Below are positions 13,512 to 27,065 of a DNA stretch of 64,000 nucleotides, in pieces (position 1 is the first letter of the stretch; every line of letters starts with the position of its first letter). The stretch spans positions 97,526,001 through 97,590,000 of the forward strand of contig OZ024740.1 of NCBI GenBank assembly GCA_964016885.1, given 5' to 3'. The notes below the pieces were generated by a model. The model had not been told where the DNA came from. It saw only the letters and a program-made list of their open reading frames with translations, and searched no databases. This DNA is from Eledone cirrhosa. Its lineage: Eukaryota. Both the position numbers and the translations under genes were made by a program.

Positions 13512-13516
<5 letters not shown>
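12880..13516 (+). mobile_element. ORF-less partial tandem unit (period 515) carrying hammerhead strands in permuted order
   Basis: 12881-13000 repeats at 13396-13514. Homologous to 57218-58105 on the minus strand. Confidence 0.7.
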
Positions 13517-13554
<38 letters not shown>

Positions 13555-13555
13555 A

Positions 13556-13596
<41 letters not shown>

Positions 13597-13599
<3 letters not shown>

Positions 13600-14070
13600 C
13601 GGATAAAATTCCCGGGATGCATGGGCGAGTTCTCTCCAGAGGTCTCTGTCCCTCATTATCGCTGCCATGTCCTGCGTCTCCAACAGACCAGTGTCTGTTC
13701 TTAGGGCATCAATATACGTTAACCTTGGTCTTCTTCTTCCCGTGTGTCCATGTAGGGGCTCCCACAGTGCACCGAGTGCAATGTCAGCTCCTGATGTCGG
13801 TGAGCATGTCCAGCTAACCTCAGTCTCCTCTCTGTCACTTTTGAGCTGTCTTTTGGGAGGCTCCCATACAACTCTGAGTTTTTCAACCTCAGTGTATATT
13901 GATTAATGTTCAAAGCCATCCTTAGCATGCTCGTGTAGCGCCCATCCACCATCTGAGTGAGTTTCTTGGTCAGTGTCCAAGACTCAGACCCGTACAGCAG
14001 CACAGACTCCACTACAGCAATAAAGAGGCGGATTTTCAGGTCTTTACGATACCGACTTCCACACCGATCT
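13597..14070 (-). mobile_element. RTE-like LINE 3' fragment
   Basis: [32 protein letters not shown] and MRDRDLWR motifs in the listed ORFs. Confidence 0.8.
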
Positions 14071-14125
<55 letters not shown>

Positions 14126-14131
14126 TATATA

Positions 14132-14178
<47 letters not shown>

Positions 14179-14184
14179 TATATA

Positions 14185-14231
<47 letters not shown>

Positions 14232-14236
<5 letters not shown>

Positions 14237-14428
14237 ATAAAAATAATAATTGTTTCTACTTTTGGCACAAGGCCAGCAAATACCCAGTGCATTACTGGTA
14301 CTTTATTTTATCGACCCCGTAAGGATGAAAGGCAAAGTTAACCTCGGTGGGATTTGAACTCAGAATGGCAAGAGCCGTAACTCTATGCGCCAAAGCATGG
14401 CGTCCAACCCTCTACTGATACTGCCAAA
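14232..14428 (-). mobile_element. tRNA-derived SINE
   Basis: Reverse complement of the 2156-2818 family, essentially full length. Confidence 0.8.
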
Positions 14429-14579
14429 TAATAATAATAATAAATGTGAAGACTAAAATCCAAAGAGGGCTCGATAAGGATAAATATATATCAAATATAT
14501 AAGAACCATAGAAGATCCCGTTAAGGGTGAAAGCAGCGATTCTTTGCTTAAACTCTAATCTGTTATTTTTCATAAATAA

Positions 14580-14712
<133 letters not shown>

Positions 14713-15553
14713 AGAATGCAAATTTTTTTTAGATCTCACTCAGGCAAAATATAGGAAAAAGAAGTTGAAAATCCAATTCGGGACTATGAGAATATTTACT
14801 AATAAATACTTTCGCGGTTTCGTGTTTTAATAGTTTTCAAAATTTAAGTGAGATAGAGAGCTGTGGGGCTATATGGTGATATGTCTTACAATATATGTTT
14901 CGATAATTTTTCCATTTATGGCGCTGATTGTTATCTCTTTAATGTACAGTTGGATTGTTTGTGGAAGATCATGTAATTAGATATAGAGCTGTGTTGTTTT
15001 TTTGCGCCCAAAATTGATCATCATATTATTAGGAATAACATTTTTCTGATAGATTTTGAGCTAAAATTTTTAAGTAACATATTTCAGTGAACATAGCTAG
15101 TGGCAATTTTAAAGGGAATTCACTTCTATGTTATTGTGTTAATTAGTCAAATCTGGGTAGAGATTAATTTGTGGTAATCCCCACTCCCCTCGCTCCATTT
15201 TTAAAAAAATGTATAGTAAGATTTATTTATGTTTGTGTGTGTGTATTAGTATGAATAATTTCTTGTTTCTTGCTTCGTCGAAATATAAAGGGGCACGTGA
15301 CAAGTAAAAAATAAATAAAATAAAATAAAAAATTATTATTATTCAATTAGCAAAATGAAAAAAAGTATTGTACGTGAGAGCGAATGTGTGGGGAGTAGCA
15401 ATTTGTCCTTTTCTCGGTTTGGGTAGAGAATGTCAGGTGATAACAATAATAGTGATCATAGTTGTTATATTAGTTCCATTACCAAAATGAACAAGTATGT
15501 TACGTGTGTGTGTGTGTGTGTGTGTGTTTGTGTGCGTGCGTGCGTGCGTGCGT

Positions 15554-15625
<72 letters not shown>

Positions 15626-15849
15626 TGCGTGTGTGGATTGTGTGTTTATTTGTGTTTGGTCTGTGTTAGTGACTGGAGAAAGATAAAGTGGAAATACTTG
15701 GAATTTGGGGGACTTATTTGTTGCACATCAGACTAAAGCCCACTAATCGAATCGGTTTTGTGGTGGGGTCTCGCAATTGTCATTCTGTTTCTGAGGTTGA
15801 GTTTGGGTTGCCCTAAGTAATTTTCGTTACATTTTATAATATATATTAC

Positions 15850-17450
15850 AATTTCTATGAACGAGTAAAATGATTTTTTACAAAAGATGATTGTCCTGAG
15901 TTAAATGAGGTCACAAACTTTTTCCAACGCTTTATTCTTACCAATTGTAGGATTGTAACTGCTTATGTTTAGTACAATTGACTCGTGACCATTTTCCTTG
16001 ACAAAAATTCCTCTGTTAGTCGTACGTTCCCACAGAGGTGTGAAATATCTTCCTGTATCGCATTGAGGTTAGAGTATTTTGGTGTTTGAGTGAATTTTAA
16101 TCACTATGAGAGGATTTTAATTTGTTTGGTTGAGAGAGTTATATTTGATAGATTGGTTATTTTCAGTTATTCATAGTTCGTTTATACCACCAAGTGACAT
16201 GGATTCGATCGACTTAATCTCAAAAATTATGCTCTTTTTTATTCATCATTTTATGGGTATTACCATAGCTGATGGCTTTTTCTCTGTTATTGTGTGGTTT
16301 TCTATAGTAACTTTGGATGTTCGTCGGTTCAGGCTGTTGCTGGTCCTGTTTAGGATATTTTGTGGGTTGTAGTTACTCTTCTGTTTATGTTGTGATCTAC
16401 AGTTTCAAAACAAGTACTGTCTTGAGAAAGGGAACACTTGGGTTATTCAAGTGGAGTTATTCCGCTCTCTAAATATGTTGGAATTATCAATATAGCTTTG
16501 ATGAATATAAGATTGGGATTTTGGTACATCTTTTGTTGGTTGTGAGTAATGTTTGTGAATGTGAACTTATTTCATGAATTGGTTATCGGTGGTGTTTGTT
16601 TTATAATTCCCTTTAATAATTGCTGAAACAAATAGCGTTTTTACCCATCGTTGGTGCGATGTTAATTTTTCATTTTCACATCTTTCTCTCCAATGCTTAA
16701 TAGTGGTTTCATGGAATACGCCTTCAAATAGTTTTGTAATTTCTATTTCCATTTGTTAGTCGAATGTTTTGAATTTTTCATCGTTGGAGTTGTCTCTTAA
16801 CCGTTATAAGTCTATCTTTTGTCTGTTGGTGTTGAGATTGTAGTGGGCAATTTGCCGTTGGTGAGTAGTCGTCTAAGGGATTTTGGTTGTCTTTAGCTTT
16901 TGATTATTTTATGTGTTCAAAGTGTTTTTCTCAATCTCTGGTCTTGTAACAAGAGTGAAATGTTCTTGTGGATAATGTTGTATACTTCTGTATTTCATGG
17001 GTTGCGTGTAGAATTTTGGACGTAACTGAAGCTTTCTTTTTATTTTTCGTAATTGCTTTCACACGTTCTATTCCGTTGCCTGTTAATAATGAAACTACTG
17101 CATTTCGAGTAGAATTTCTTTTTAATTATTGGAATCTTTCATTTTGAGTTTAGTAACTTAAAACAATTGTGCAAATGCTTCTCGCTGGATTAAATGGAAT
17201 ATTTGTCTTTGTGTGTTTTGGGATGGTTTGGAGTAAAGTACAAGTATTGTTTAGAGTCTGTTGATTTGTGGTGGATGTCACTTTCAATATTTGTGTCTGT
17301 TTTCATGATTATAATTTCCAGGAATAGCAATTGGACTCAACATCATTCCATTTTGAATTGCCTATTATTATTGATGCTGTTAATTAAGGTCTTGAATTCG
17401 TTGAGATCGTCGAATGTGTGCGTCCATATGATAAGCCGTATATATAGAGA
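15850..17450 (-). mobile_element. Decayed Penelope-like element (RT C-terminus recognisable)
   Basis: Minus strand 17190-17440 gives LIIWTHTFDDLNEFKTLINSIN..FLEI..DIHHKSTDSKQYLYF..NHP. Left boundary uncertain. Confidence 0.65.
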
Positions 17451-17678
17451 GATTTCAAATAATGCCATAGCTTGATACTTAAGCATGAGCATCATCGACA
17501 TGGCTTCGTAGTCCTGCTAGGGACTTACCTAAGGCCAGCGAAATCATACATCGCCAAAGATCTCAGATATCAAGTCATACCTGCGCTTGAAGCTTTTTTT
17601 AAGTGAAGAAAAGTATTGCACATGGCCAATCCCACTCTCTGAACATCGAATATATTTACCCAAAAATGAGAACATGTC

Positions 17679-17715
<37 letters not shown>

Positions 17716-18053
17716 CATCATCTTCGTTTAACGTCTATCTTCCAAACGAAGTCACGTGTTTTATCAGAGGGACCATCTAGAGAGATGGCTTAATGAAGAC
17801 TAGGAGTCTCTCCCTCAAAATAAGGAATATATATGGATACATATACACATACAAACACACACACATAGTTATATATATAAATTCGGTAGTAATTTATATA
17901 TACTAATATGTATATAAATAGTATATATGATATATACTGGCCTTGTATATATTAGTATATATATTATATATATATTAGTATATATTATATAGTATATATT
18001 ATATATACTGGCCTTGTGCCTCAAATAGAAACAATTATATATATATATATAAG

Positions 18054-18104
<51 letters not shown>

Positions 18105-18163
18105 TCTTTTACTCTTTTACCTGTTCCAGCCATCCGGCTGAGGCCATTCTATGGCACCGCCCT

Positions 18164-18248
<85 letters not shown>

Positions 18249-18730
18249 ACTAGAAATTGATTAACATATAAATAAACATGAATAATCACAGGAGTTAATT
18301 TTTACAAGTGTGTAAGCACACATAGCTAGGTAGGTAACTAAATAAAGATAACCAGAACTTCAAAAATAGATACCTTATAATATGATTAATCTTCCCTGTA
18401 TATATTCCATTAAAGAAATATATTTCACCAATTAATCGAATGGTAAACCATAGAGGCCGGTACTTGGATTTTCAACAAGGAAAAAGTCCAGCGATCTATG
18501 TTTACACTTCAAGTTCAAATCAGCGACTCGCCAGCAACACGTGCTGTATCTACTAGAAATACACACATCATACCAGCTTCGTCACAGTGGCGTGAATAGG
18601 GTTATCGACAACTAGAAACAGCAGTCAAATCCTTTCAACAGAGTTAGCTCTACAATTAAGGAGCCGTATTTATATATCTATATCCATGTCTTTCTGGCAT
18701 GACACCCATAATTTTGATTATCTTAATTTT

Positions 18731-18763
<33 letters not shown>

Positions 18764-18980
18764 AATATGTGATTATGCCATATTTGACTTAATAGAATTA
18801 GTTGGGATTTTTTAAAATCCTCAGAATGGAAAAAAGAATGAGTATTGACGTACATGGGACACGAACCCAGATCTTTTCAGTTTTTAAAATTTCAACTAAC
18901 TGACTAATTCTTCTTAGTCAAATACGATGAAATGTTACTGCCTACTTTTCAAATTCGCTAGCCGTTTTTTTAACAAAGCC

Positions 18981-19068
<88 letters not shown>

Positions 19069-19071
19069 CAC

Positions 19072-19152
<81 letters not shown>

Positions 19153-19202
19153 CAAAAAAATAATAAAAAATAAACCAAAGAAGCCTTCAATACATCAAAA
19201 GT

Positions 19203-19256
19203 CTTTATTAGCCAACAATGTTTCGCCCTAGTAAGGACTCATCAGGGCAAGTAAAG
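19203..19256 (-). ncRNA. Type I hammerhead ribozyme (sense to the PLE ORF)
   Basis: Minus strand: ctttacttgcc-CTGATGA-gtcc ttacta gggc-GAAA-cattg-TT-ggctaataaag. Confidence 0.85.
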
Positions 19257-20706
19257 CTACAAGAGGCATTATCGGCCAATACAAGCCAAAAACTCAGAAG
19301 AATACTATTAAAGCTTAGGAAAGATATCAAGGAAAAGTTGTCTAAGATTAAGAGTGAGCAGTTACAAACATAGATATTGACCAAATAGCAAAGAAGTGAT
19401 TAACATGTTGAACCCACACTGCAAATATTGTATAATGCAATAACTTGAAACACAAATGGTAATATAATGCGAGTATAATATAATATAATAGATGGTGATA
19501 ATAAAAAGCTTAATATATGTATATATATACATATATCTCTATACATATACACATTAATACACATACAAACTAACACTTATTAAGTATTTAAATATATATA
19601 TATATATTGTTTACAGTATAATTTAATAAAGATAAAAATAAGAATAAAATATAATATATAATTCCCTGTCAGTGTGCATAAACAATGTGGAAACATTATA
19701 ATAACATTATAATAACAATATTATAATATATTGGCATCAACAGATATACAAAAATACATCATACATATAATTTAAGGTTAACAAATAGTATAAAGTTTTA
19801 CACAGGGTAAGAAAAAATCATATAGAACTAAATTGTGTTGAAAAAATTGTGTTGAAAAAATATCTATACCATTGTAACAAATACACGGAGGTCAAGTCAT
19901 TTTACATTGGCATAAATATTACCAAAATATCACAAAATATTACAAAATATATTTACGTGGTTGACATACAGACATATATTAATGAAATTACATGGTCAGA
20001 CAAACAGCGTGTGGTAGTAAAAAAAATAAATAACATAAACGGAAGATCGAAAAACAAAAACAAGTATATTTACTTAGGTGTCACAAGCGGTTAAGTAAAA
20101 GAAAAAAGATAGAAATGTAGACGAGAGAGTTGACTAGAAAAACCTTTTTAAATTAATTAATATTTAAAGTATTTAAAATACATATTTAGTCACTTTAAAA
20201 TTGGCTATTGGTTAAGTCATCAAAACCGTATAAGTTTAAGATATCTCAATAAAATTATCAAGAATAGAGTAAAATATGCTTCGTTCAGTCGAATAACGTT
20301 ATCAAATAAAAGGACTCTAAATAGAACTATGGTAGACCAATGGGAACAGAAAGAAGAGAGGTTATGGAGGATAGGGAGGAGCATAAAATTAAAATCAATA
20401 TATTATATAATATCATAAAAGGAGCATAAAGGTGAAATTTATATATAGTGTAATAGAAGGGGCTGATATTAAGTGTGTAGAGAAGGAGGTACATTAGTTG
20501 AATGAGACTCCAACCAAAGTATTTAATAAGATATAAACCCATAAGGTGTTAGTAGTGAAACTATAATAATGCTTAAGATGATAGATAGGGCATGGTAGTC
20601 AAAAGACTATGAAAACTAAAATCGAAAAGTTATAAAAAAACTAATAATAATAAAGATGATGGTAATCAAAATGAACCTAAACAAAAAAGATAAGGAAATA
20701 TAGCAG

Positions 20707-23271
20707 CTAATGGATACGATTTAAACTACCAGAACTTTTAGGTCTATAATAGAAGAAAGAATTAGAAATGGCATGGGGGCAGGAAGAAAATATCTCAGAC
20801 TTTCTATTAAGCAAAACTTCCCTAGAGAAAATTATAGAGTGGGTCTCTAGGATACAGAGATTACAGAATTTAGTGTGTGCTGATAGGTTATTAGAGCGTG
20901 CTACTATACGCCAATTAAGGCTATATGGCATGCCTGCCCCTTTAAGATCCCAGATATGATGTGCTAAAGAAGTAGAGTTCTTAAACTTAACATGCTTAAA
21001 ATTAGAGATATGAGAATTAAACCTAGTTTTAAAAGTATTTGATGTGGAGCCTATATATGTGCTATTAGAAGAATCAGTCTTAACTTCACAAGCATAAACA
21101 ATGTTCCTAGAGAGGCAGTGACCATTTAAAGGGCAGTTAATACTTACTCTACAGTTACACCTCCTGGTGCTATTTACCGGCTGAATAAGTGATGCATTAC
21201 TTCTAGGGTTATTATAAGATAAGGTCTGCTCAGGTGGTAAGGCATTAATGGATCTATCAAGACTAGTAGTACGCAAAGAGGAGTAGCTGTCCCTAATTTT
21301 CTTATTGGTAGTGCTAGCTAAATGAGAACTAATATTAGGGGTGGCAGAGAATGATAGTTTAATTACATTTTTATTAAAAATATCATGGTATTTATTAGTA
21401 GGAGGGAAATCTTTCTCTAAGATAGAAAAGAAAGACCTAGGGATGTTAGTTAATACTTCATGATCATAAGGCAGGTTAAAATAAGTATTGAGTCTCCTCC
21501 TATTTCTATCCTTACGAACTCTACCGTTATCCAGTATCCCACTAATAGGATCAGGGTTACTACGAAGACTAGTTGAAACAACATTATTAGAAGCAGCCAA
21601 AACCCCATTGAGTCTCCTTCTGTTTCTACTTTTAGTATATCTACTGTTATCTGGAATCATATCAATAGGATTAGGGTTACTACCAGGATCAGTTGAAACC
21701 ACACTATTAGAATTAGTAAAAACATTACCACTGGGTGAGCGATCAGAGTGCCTAACTTGTTCCCTAGAACTAATCCCGAAAAGTGTACCATTAGACTCAC
21801 TATTACGATTACGGTAGCTTAACCTATGGATGGGTTCGGATACACCTATGGGATTTCTACGATTCTTATGCTTTCTACTCCCATTCATGGCCATATTATG
21901 GGAAATTACGTTATTATTACTATGGGTAAATGGAGACTTTCTAAGGTTGTTCTCATTATAATGTATTTTACCAGAGTAACCTGAGTTAGCTAGGGCATTA
22001 TTATAGTACTCTGCATGTGAATTAAATATTCCTATTTCCTTAGAGAGTGTGGAAATTCTATTAGATACACCGTTAATTATAGAGCTAATCATAGATTTGG
22101 AGTGGTTAGAATTGGGATTAACATAAGAGAGTATTTCATTAGGCTTATGGAAGGGTTTATAACTATTAGTGACCAAGTCCAAAGTCACATCTAAAAAGTC
22201 GACCGCTCTATCATTTCTATCAATCGTGATCGAAAGGTTAACACTTTTAAAAAAATTATAAAGTTTCTTCCTATTATGCTCAATATTGTTGGTGCTAGAG
22301 TTTATCACAAACAATGCATCGTCACGATAAAGTCCGCCTTTAAGGTGCGGAAAGGTAACATACAGTTCATTAAGGAGGAACAGCCCAACAAGATCAGTTA
22401 CCTGGGCCGAATCATTCGAACCCATTGTAACGTCGAAATTGTTGGGTGTGTTTTTACGCGTCCAAAGTGTATCCTCGAATTTGATGATAGTCCTACGGGC
22501 TGCTAGTATAACATTAATCTGCGGCCGTGTAAGGCTAGACACTCGCATGGCCATAATTAAGGCTTTATTAAGGAGGATAGGTGAAATCGACGTGTAATAG
22601 GCATCAATATCAAACTGGATAAACCTACTAGACCCAAGTTTATTAATACCAGAGAACCAATCTATAACATCCTTAGTGTTCCCCCATAAATTAAAATGAA
22701 CCTTTTCCCTAACGGCTGGTATAATCAGGTCAAGGATTTTCTTACTAATAATAGCTATATCCGACTTAGAAGGACTAATGAGTCTAACAGAAGGATTACT
22801 AATGAAGTCTACCTTATGATCCTTAAGAGTGAATCTCGGTTCCCCAGGGTAATATGGCTGGGTATACTTATCAAGGCCCAGGTCCGAAACTATCTTGAGA
22901 CACTCATTATTGATATGATCCAAATTATCTTGCGTTGTCTTTTTGTAATGTCTATGCAGCTCCTTATAGATAAAATTACGGTAAGCATTGTAATCCATAG
23001 AGTAAAGATACTTAGTCTTGTCAGCTGGGACAAGAATAGACTTATTCCCTTTAAAATCCTTAACGATATTCTTAAGTTTAGACTGGAACCTGTCGAACTT
23101 ATTATAGTTCCCATATCTATTATACGGCCTATACTTTATATTTTTGACAAGGGAAAGTAAATCGTTCTCAAAATTATCTAATAGAACATTATGCGGTGGG
23201 CTCTTATAAGTCTCTAAACCAAAGTTATTGAAACGAGTCCTATCCCGGGGATCAATCCCATTCCTACCAAT
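20707..23271 (-). CDS. Penelope-like reverse transcriptase + GIY-YIG endonuclease (5'-truncated at the inversion junction; first ATG at 22998)
   Basis: ADKT, KDHK, RLIS, FDIDAYYTSI, TMGS, YRDD, FLDV, SNH, CNC..CPL..C, IVY..YIGST..RF..H and CNLC..CPH. The frame stays open about 90 codons upstream of the listed 763-aa ORF. Confidence 0.95.
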   Translation of the reverse strand: MGRNGIDPRDRTRFNNFGLETYKSPPHNVLLDNFENDLLSLVKNIKYRPYNRYGNYNKFDRFQSKLKNIVKDFKGNKSILVPADKTKYLYSMDYNAYRNFIYKELHRHYKKTTQDNLDHINNECLKIVSDLGLDKYTQPYYPGEPRFTLKDHKVDFISNPSVRLISPSKSDIAIISKKILDLIIPAVREKVHFNLWGNTKDVIDWFSGINKLGSSRFIQFDIDAYYTSISPILLNKALIMAMRVSSLTRPQINVILAARRTIIKFEDTLWTRKNTPNNFDVTMGSNDSAQVTDLVGLFLLNELYVTFPHLKGGLYRDDALFVINSSTNNIEHNRKKLYNFFKSVNLSITIDRNDRAVDFLDVTLDLVTNSYKPFHKPNEILSYVNPNSNHSKSMISSIINGVSNRISTLSKEIGIFNSHAEYYNNALANSGYSGKIHYNENNLRKSPFTHSNNNVISHNMAMNGSRKHKNRRNPIGVSEPIHRLSYRNRNSESNGTLFGISSREQVRHSDRSPSGNVFTNSNSVVSTDPGSNPNPIDMIPDNSRYTKSRNRRRLNGVLAASNNVVSTSLRSNPDPISGILDNGRVRKDRNRRRLNTYFNLPYDHEVLTNIPRSFFSILEKDFPPTNKYHDIFNKNVIKLSFSATPNISSHLASTTNKKIRDSYSSLRTTSLDRSINALPPEQTLSYNNPRSNASLIQPVNSTRRCNCRVSINCPLNGHCLSRNIVYACEVKTDSSNSTYIGSTSNTFKTRFNSHISNFKHVKFKNSTSLAHHIWDLKGAGMPYSLNWRIVARSNNLSAHTKFCNLCILETHSIIFSREVLLNRKSEIFSSCPHAISNSFFYYRPKSSGSLNRIH

Positions 23272-24309
23272 TCTTGATAATTTTATTGAGATATCTTAAA
23301 CTTATATGGTTTTGATGACTTAAACAATAGCTAATTTTAAAGTGACTAAATATGTATTTTAAATACTTTTAATATTAATTAATTTAAAAAGGTTTTTCTA
23401 GTCAACTCTCTCGTCTACATTTCTATCTTTTTTCTTTTACTTAACCGCTAGTGACACCTAAGTAAATATACTTGTTTTTGTTTTTCGATCTTCCGTTTAT
23501 TTTATTTATTTTTTTACTACCACACGCTGTTTGTCTGACCATGTAATTTCATTAATATATGTCTGTATGTCAACCACGTAAATATATTTTGTAATATTTT
23601 GTGATATTTTGGTAATATTTATGCCAATGTAAAATGACTTGACCTCCGTGTATTTGTTACAATGGTATAGATATTTTTTCAACACAATTTTTTCAACACA
23701 ATTTAGTTCTATATGATTTTTTCTTACCCTGTGTAAAACTTTATACTATTGGTTAACCTTAAATTATATGTATGATGTAATTTTGTATATCTTTTGATGC
23801 CAATATATTATAATATTGTTATTATAATGTTATTATAATGTTTCCATATTGTTTATGCACACTGACAGGGAATTATATATTATATTTTATTTTAATTTTT
23901 ATCTTTATTCTTATTTTTATCTTTATTAAATTATACTGTAAACAATATATATATATATATTTAAATACTTAATAAGTGTTAGTTTGTATGTGTATTAATG
24001 AGTATATGTATAGAGATATATGTATATATATATACATATATTAAGCTTTTTATTATCACCATCTATTATATTATATTATACTCGCATTATATTACCATTT
24101 GTGTTTCAAGTTTTTGCATTATACAATATTTGCAGTGTGGGTTCAACATGTTAGTCACTTCCTTGCTATTTGGTCAATATCTATGTTTGTAACTGCTCAC
24201 TCTTAATCTTAGGCAACTTTTCCTTGATATATTTCCTAAGCTTTAATAGATGTATACTCCATATTCTTCTGAGTTTTTGGCTTGTATTGGCCGATAGTGC
24301 TTCTTGTAG

Positions 24310-24363
24310 CTTTACTTGCCCTGATGAGTCCTTAATAGGACGAAACATTGTTGGCTAATAAAG
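24310..24363 (+). ncRNA. Type I hammerhead ribozyme (inverted pLTR copy)
   Basis: ctttacttgcc-CTGATGA-gtcc ttaata ggac-GAAA-cattg-TT-ggctaataaag. Confidence 0.85.
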
Positions 24364-24517
24364 ACTTTTGATGTATTGAAGGCTTCTTTGGTTTATTTTT
24401 TATAATTATTCGGCTCTGTTTAATTACATTGAGCTATATCCTATACTGTCATTTCTATAATATAAAGAGGGTGTTTAACTCCAACACACTCTAGTATTTT
24501 AATTCTTATATATATAC

Positions 24518-24564
<47 letters not shown>

Positions 24565-24607
24565 CATATACATATATATATATATATGTATATATATATA
24601 CATATAC

Positions 24608-24692
<85 letters not shown>

Positions 24693-24764
24693 AATATGTA
24701 TATATATATATAAACTGACTAATTCTTCTTAGTTAAATACGGTGTAATGCTACTGCCTACTTTT

Positions 24765-24810
<46 letters not shown>

Positions 24811-24971
24811 AATTAGTATATCTACCAACATATATATACAGATGCATACCTATGCTAGCAAATATATAGGTTTTGTCTTAGTAACTTTGTGGTTCAATGC
24901 AAGGGGATGCAGAACAATTATATGAAAGACGTAAAATAAGAAAATTATAAAAATTAACTTACTAAAATTTC

Positions 24972-25056
24972 ACTCCAACTAATTAGTTTCTGAAAGGGAA
25001 TAAACATAGTTTCCGAATGGAACAACATGGCGAAAATCCTTTCGTCATCAGGAAGT
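24972..25056 (-). ncRNA. Type I hammerhead with long stem II (inverted copy)
   Basis: Reverse complement of the motif at 25534-25618. Confidence 0.75.
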
Positions 25057-25533
25057 CTATTCTCAGCTAAGTTTCCAGGCAATGTGTGAACACAGAGAAC
25101 TTATACAAAAATAATTCAGTGGATGGAAAAAAGCAAGCGAGGACTAAATTCCAGGACATTAAAAAAATCACTGCCTACGTGGTCGGTGGCAAATTTAAAA
25201 GAATCAATCACGTGACATTGGGGTTAATCAGTGAGGAGTGGGGTGCTAATTCTTTATAATTATCTACAAATTATTTTGTTGAACAAAAATGTTCCAAAAC
25301 TACTACTATGGTTCATAGTAATAGTCAGGCTACTGTCTTATTAGCACCCCACTCCTCACTGATTAACCTCAATGTCACGTGATTGAATATTTTGAATTTG
25401 CCACCGACCAAGTAGGCAGTGATTTTTTCAATGTCCTGGAATTTAGTCCTCGCTTGCTTTTTTCCATCTATTGAATTATTTTTGCATAAGTTCCTTGTGT
25501 CCACGCATTTCCTGGGAACTTAGCTAAGAATAG

Positions 25534-25618
25534 ACTTCCTGATGACGAAAGGATTTTCGCCATATTGTTCCATTTGGAAACCATGTTTATTCCCTTTCAG
25601 AAACTAATTAGTTGGAGT
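25534..25618 (+). ncRNA. Type I hammerhead with long stem II
   Basis: acttc-CTGATGA-c gaaagg...cctttc a-GAAA-ctaattag-TT-ggagt; palindromic stem III. Confidence 0.75.
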
Positions 25619-26064
25619 GAAATTTTAGTAAGTAAGTTAACTTTTATAATTTTCTTATTTTACGTCTTTCATATAATTGTTCTGCATCTCCTTGCATTGA
25701 ACCACAAAGTTTCTAAGACAAAACCTATATATTTGCTAGCATAGGTATGCATCTGTATATATATGTTGGTAGATATACTAATTCGTTATAATTATCTCCA
25801 AATTATTTTGTTGAGCAAAAATTTGCCAAAACTACCATTATGGTTCATAGTAATAATCAGGCTACTGTCTTATTACACCGCACTCCTCACTGATTAACCT
25901 CAATGTCACGTGATTGATTCTTTTGAATTTACCACCGACCAAGTAGGCAGTGATTTTTTCAATGTCCTGGAATTTAGTCCTCGCTTGCTTTTTTCCATAC
26001 ACTGAATTATTTTTGGATAAGTTCCCTGTGTCCACGCATTGCCTGGGAACTTAGCTGAGAATAG

Positions 26065-26149
26065 ACTTCCTGATGACGAAAGGATTTTCGCCATGTTGTT
26101 CCATTCGGAAACCATGTTTATTCCCTTTCAGAAACTAATTTGTTGGAGT
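26065..26149 (+). ncRNA. Type I hammerhead with long stem II (second tandem copy)
   Basis: Same motif 531 bp downstream; stem III reads ctaatttg. Confidence 0.7.
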
Positions 26150-26726
26150 GAAATTTTAGTAAGTAAGTAAATTTTTATAATTTTCTCATATTACGTCTTT
26201 CATATATATATATATATATATGCAGGCTCTGTTAAGAAACGGCTAGCGAATTTGAAAAGTAGGCAGTAGCATTTCACCGTACTTGACTAAGATGAATTAG
26301 TCAGTTTCTGTGTTCTTATATATATAATATATATATATATATACGTTATTATCTCTTAAGCTAACAATGCCTATATTTCAGGTGTCTATAAGATCGTTGG
26401 GGGTCAGTCATTGTTGATGGATTTAAAGAAAAGGGAAATTCTTTAAAAGCTAGTTCTTTAATTCTTTAATGTATGATTTCACATGCCGTCAAGTGCCAAG
26501 GAAAGATTGTCTTGTCTTTGACACAACTGAAGTATCCTTCCAAACCTCATTTTGGCAAGTTTTCTACTGTTGGCTGCCCTTCCTATCACCAACCACATTT
26601 TAGTGTGTGCCGACACATGATCATTTGTCACACCATGACAGTTAAAACAAAACTATATAGATTTGTGTGTTCTTGCATAGAGTTTGGTTTCGCCCCCTTG
26701 TAATGACCAAACATATATACACACAT

Positions 26727-26774
<48 letters not shown>

Positions 26775-26788
26775 GTGTGTGTGTATAT

Positions 26789-26863
<75 letters not shown>

Positions 26864-26903
26864 ATAATGTATATATATATATATGTATATATATATATAC
26901 ATG

Positions 26904-26937
<34 letters not shown>

Positions 26938-27065
26938 AATATACATGGATATATATATATATGTATGTATATATATACATGTATATTGCTTTTTTCCATC
27001 CACTGAATTATTTTTGTATAAATTCCCTGTGTCCACGCATCTTCTGGGAACTTAGCTGAGAATTG

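Larger units (their letters stand above)
19163..24507 (-). mobile_element. Penelope-like retroelement with ~1.1-kb inverted pseudo-LTRs, inserted in (TA)n
   Basis: 19163-20265 is inverted against 23270-24403, with an extra tail at 24404-24507. RT-EN ORF lies between the arms. Confidence 0.95.
24808..26203 (+). mobile_element. ORF-less inverted + tandem unit (period 531), one hammerhead per unit; further partial copy at 26987-27310
   Basis: 24808-25250 is inverted against 25340-25785. The unit repeats directly from about 25780. (TA)n on both flanks. Confidence 0.85.

Noticed and set aside
25528-25592. Shorter HHR reading using the first GGAAAC as the GAAA strand
   Set aside because: Stem I would not abut the core; the downstream GAAA-ctaattag-TT-ggagt gives a canonical fold.
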